Below are positions 62,114-64,000 of a stretch of 64,000 bases of DNA, piece by piece. The stretch spans positions 6,386,001 through 6,450,000 of the forward strand of contig OZ004613.1 of assembly GCA_963924565.1 (NCBI GenBank). Direction: 5' to 3'. The notes under the pieces are model-generated. The model had not been told where the DNA came from and did not search any database. It saw only the letters and a program-made list of their open reading frames with translations. The DNA is from Ascidiella aspersa. Lineage: Eukaryota. Position 1 is the first letter of the stretch, and the number at the start of each line of letters is the position of its first letter. Made by a program: the position numbers and the translations under genes.

Positions 62114-63980
62114 TTATAGTTGTTCAAAGAATTTTGCCAAATCCGCAACAGACCTCCGATCCCCCTTTGTTGACCCTTGAGCTGACCACTGGGGTGACCT
62201 TTGCGTTGACCCCTGGGGTGACCTTTGCGTTGACCCCTGAGGTGACCTTTGCGTTGACCCCTGAGGTGACCTTTGCGTTGACCCCTGGGGTGACCTTTGC
62301 GTTGACCCCTGAGGTGACCTTTGCGTTGACCCCTGGGGTGACCTTTGCGTTGACCCCTGAGGTGACCTTTGCGTTGACCCCTGAGGTGACCTTTGCGTTG
62401 ACCACTGGGGTGACCTTTGCGTTGACCCCTGGGGTGACCTTTGCGTTGACCCCTGAGGTGACCTTTGCGTTGACCCCTGGGGTGACCTTTGCGTTGACCC
62501 CTGAGGTGACCTTTGCGTTGACCCCTGGGGTGACCTTTGCGTTGACCCCTGAGGTGACCTTTGCGTTGACCCCTGAGGTGACCTTTGCGTTGACCCCTGA
62601 GGTGACCTTTGCGTTGACCCCTGAGGTGACCTTTGCGTTGAGCCCTGTGTTGACCTTTGCGTTGAACTCTAAAGTAAAGAAACGCACTAATTTGAAAATG
62701 TTATTGTAAGGATTGGAATAAAGTTTTCACTCTGTATTTAGCAAAACAGATCCCAAGTTAATTTTGATATTACTTGCAGACACTATAGAGTTTCTTGTGT
62801 TCACACAACATTTGGTATGTCTAGTAAGAACTATGTATTACTACTTTAACGTTGAAATAATCTTACATGATCCGTCCCATAGTTCATATCTTGTTCAGTG
62901 TATTTTTCGTGACTTTGACTTGCTTCTGGTTCCGGGTTTGATTTTGCTTTATCGGAGGATTGCTTTTCTTGATATAACTGTGGAGACAGATTAGTTAAAG
63001 ACGTGAATTTGTTCAATGGGACGTACAAGTGAATACTGTTAAACACAATCTGTGTTCTGTTAAAGTGCTTAATCAAACTACCAGAGTTACTTTTGGCGAC
63101 AAAAATGCAGGACATGGGAATGCGCAAAAGGTTGTGATTACCTAGGTACATTGAGTACACGTATTGTTCGTTTGGTCGGTTATCTGTAAAAGCAAAACTT
63201 ATTATAGCGGATATACGCGTATCTGTATAGCAACATTAGGCGTCAGCCAGACTAAAGAAAATATCACATTCAAGATTAGAACAAGCGCCAATCTGAAACG
63301 CAACTGCCACTATATAAACATGCATTAAATGGCATTATACAAGTAAAGACATAATGATAATTAACCGATTACTTGTGAATTCGTTATTGCGCAACTCGCT
63401 CTACTCGTTACTCGCCAGAGTCAAGCCAGGTTGTTTCGTTTTTAACTCGAAGTTTTGTTTTTAGCTTTTCCTGCTTTGAGTTTAAGCCAAGTTGTTTTGC
63501 TCTGACCCAAAACTTTTTAGTTCTGCCTCTTTTAGGTCAGTTGAGCCTGAACATATTTGAACAAACTTGATCTCAGCGAGAAACAAGCGAATGCATTCGA
63601 TCGCAAAAATGTCAGACCTCCAAGCGCCTTACTTCAAATCTTATTCGCGTGAACGCCACTAACTGCAATCAAGCTGTGGCTGATTATTTCGTTGATATAG
63701 AAATGCTTATTTAACTAAACTTGTACAATTTGATGCAACGGGAGCATCATTACGTCACCCGTCGAAACACTGGCGTCACTAGTGTCGCTATGTTGCTCCC
63801 GCATATATTGTTACGTTTTGGGTTATGTTTATAGGTGCCTACCTTGCGTAGAGAAACCACATCATTATAATTAAGTGAGACGTCGTACAACTCCAGCTCT
63901 TGTACATTGTGGGCACAAGTTCGGAGGAAAGCGAGTCCTTGCGATCCAAAAGTTTTGCCCATTAGGTTCAACTTCCTCAA
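62114..63980 (-). CDS. NLR-B' (B-type paralog), last three exons; the 5' part lies beyond the window
   Basis: LRR exon 63843-63980 (LRKLNLMGKTFGSQGLAFLRTCAHNVQELELYDVSL...SLRK|GTAGGC), tail exon 62867-62977 (LYQEKQSSDK...YGTDH|GTAAGA) and terminal exon 62114-62668 (S(STQRSPQG)~20...RRSVADLAKFFEQL*). Confidence 0.75.
62186..62665 (-). repeat. 24-bp coding minisatellite, 20 units (TCAACGCAAAGGTCACCYCAGGGG)
   Basis: Read directly. Only ~1.5 degenerate units are present at the homologous site 22610-22665. Confidence 0.97.
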
Positions 63981-64000
63981 CTACATAACATAATGCAATA

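Larger units (their letters stand above)
42044..64000 (+). repeat. Tandem segmental duplication, copy 2
   Basis: Colinear with 2032-~23840. Near-identical across NLR-A', visibly more diverged after ~61.2 kb. Confidence 0.95.

Noticed and set aside
62186-62665. CRISPR-like array
   Set aside because: The units are head-to-tail with no unique spacers, there are no cas genes, and the context is eukaryotic.
62124-62709. ORF-track proteins (VNAKVTSG)n on minus and (TFALTPEV)n on plus
   Set aside because: They are alternative frames of a stop-free 24-bp repeat. Splice phase and synonymous variation favour the STQRSPQG frame.

Overview
AT-rich, intron-containing eukaryotic DNA (GT-AG introns, hAT-type MITEs, a tRNA-derived element). 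It reads as an invertebrate animal, plausibly a tunicate, but the organism cannot be proven from the sequence. The window starts with the 5' part of a short-chain dehydrogenase (minus strand). The rest is a minus-strand cluster of NACHT-LRR (NLR-like) genes arranged as a ~40-kb tandem duplication of a two-gene unit: NLR-A (4844-17247) and NLR-B (22561-33125), then NLR-A' (44832-56921) and the 3' end of a B-type gene, NLR-B' (62114-63980, cut by the window end). I spliced the exons by hand and all phases are consistent. The proteins have no death-fold N-terminus. Instead a ~70-aa low-complexity N-terminus carries a G/N/Q/H-rich, beta-prone motif resembling RHIM/amyloid-signalling sequences. The central NACHT is intact and the LRRs are on phase-0 exons. 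The two gene types have different C-termini. A-type ends in a 15-aa exon RSGRRRRRRQRCLLL*, a Rac1-like polybasic stretch plus CaaX geranylgeranylation signal. B-type ends in a disordered tail with an (STQRSPQG)n coding minisatellite, ~1.5 units in B and 20 in B'. None of these termini are visible as such in the supplied ORF track. Intergenic and intronic DNA holds nested hAT MITEs, a hAT transposase remnant, a palindromic tRNA-containing element and several tandem repeats.
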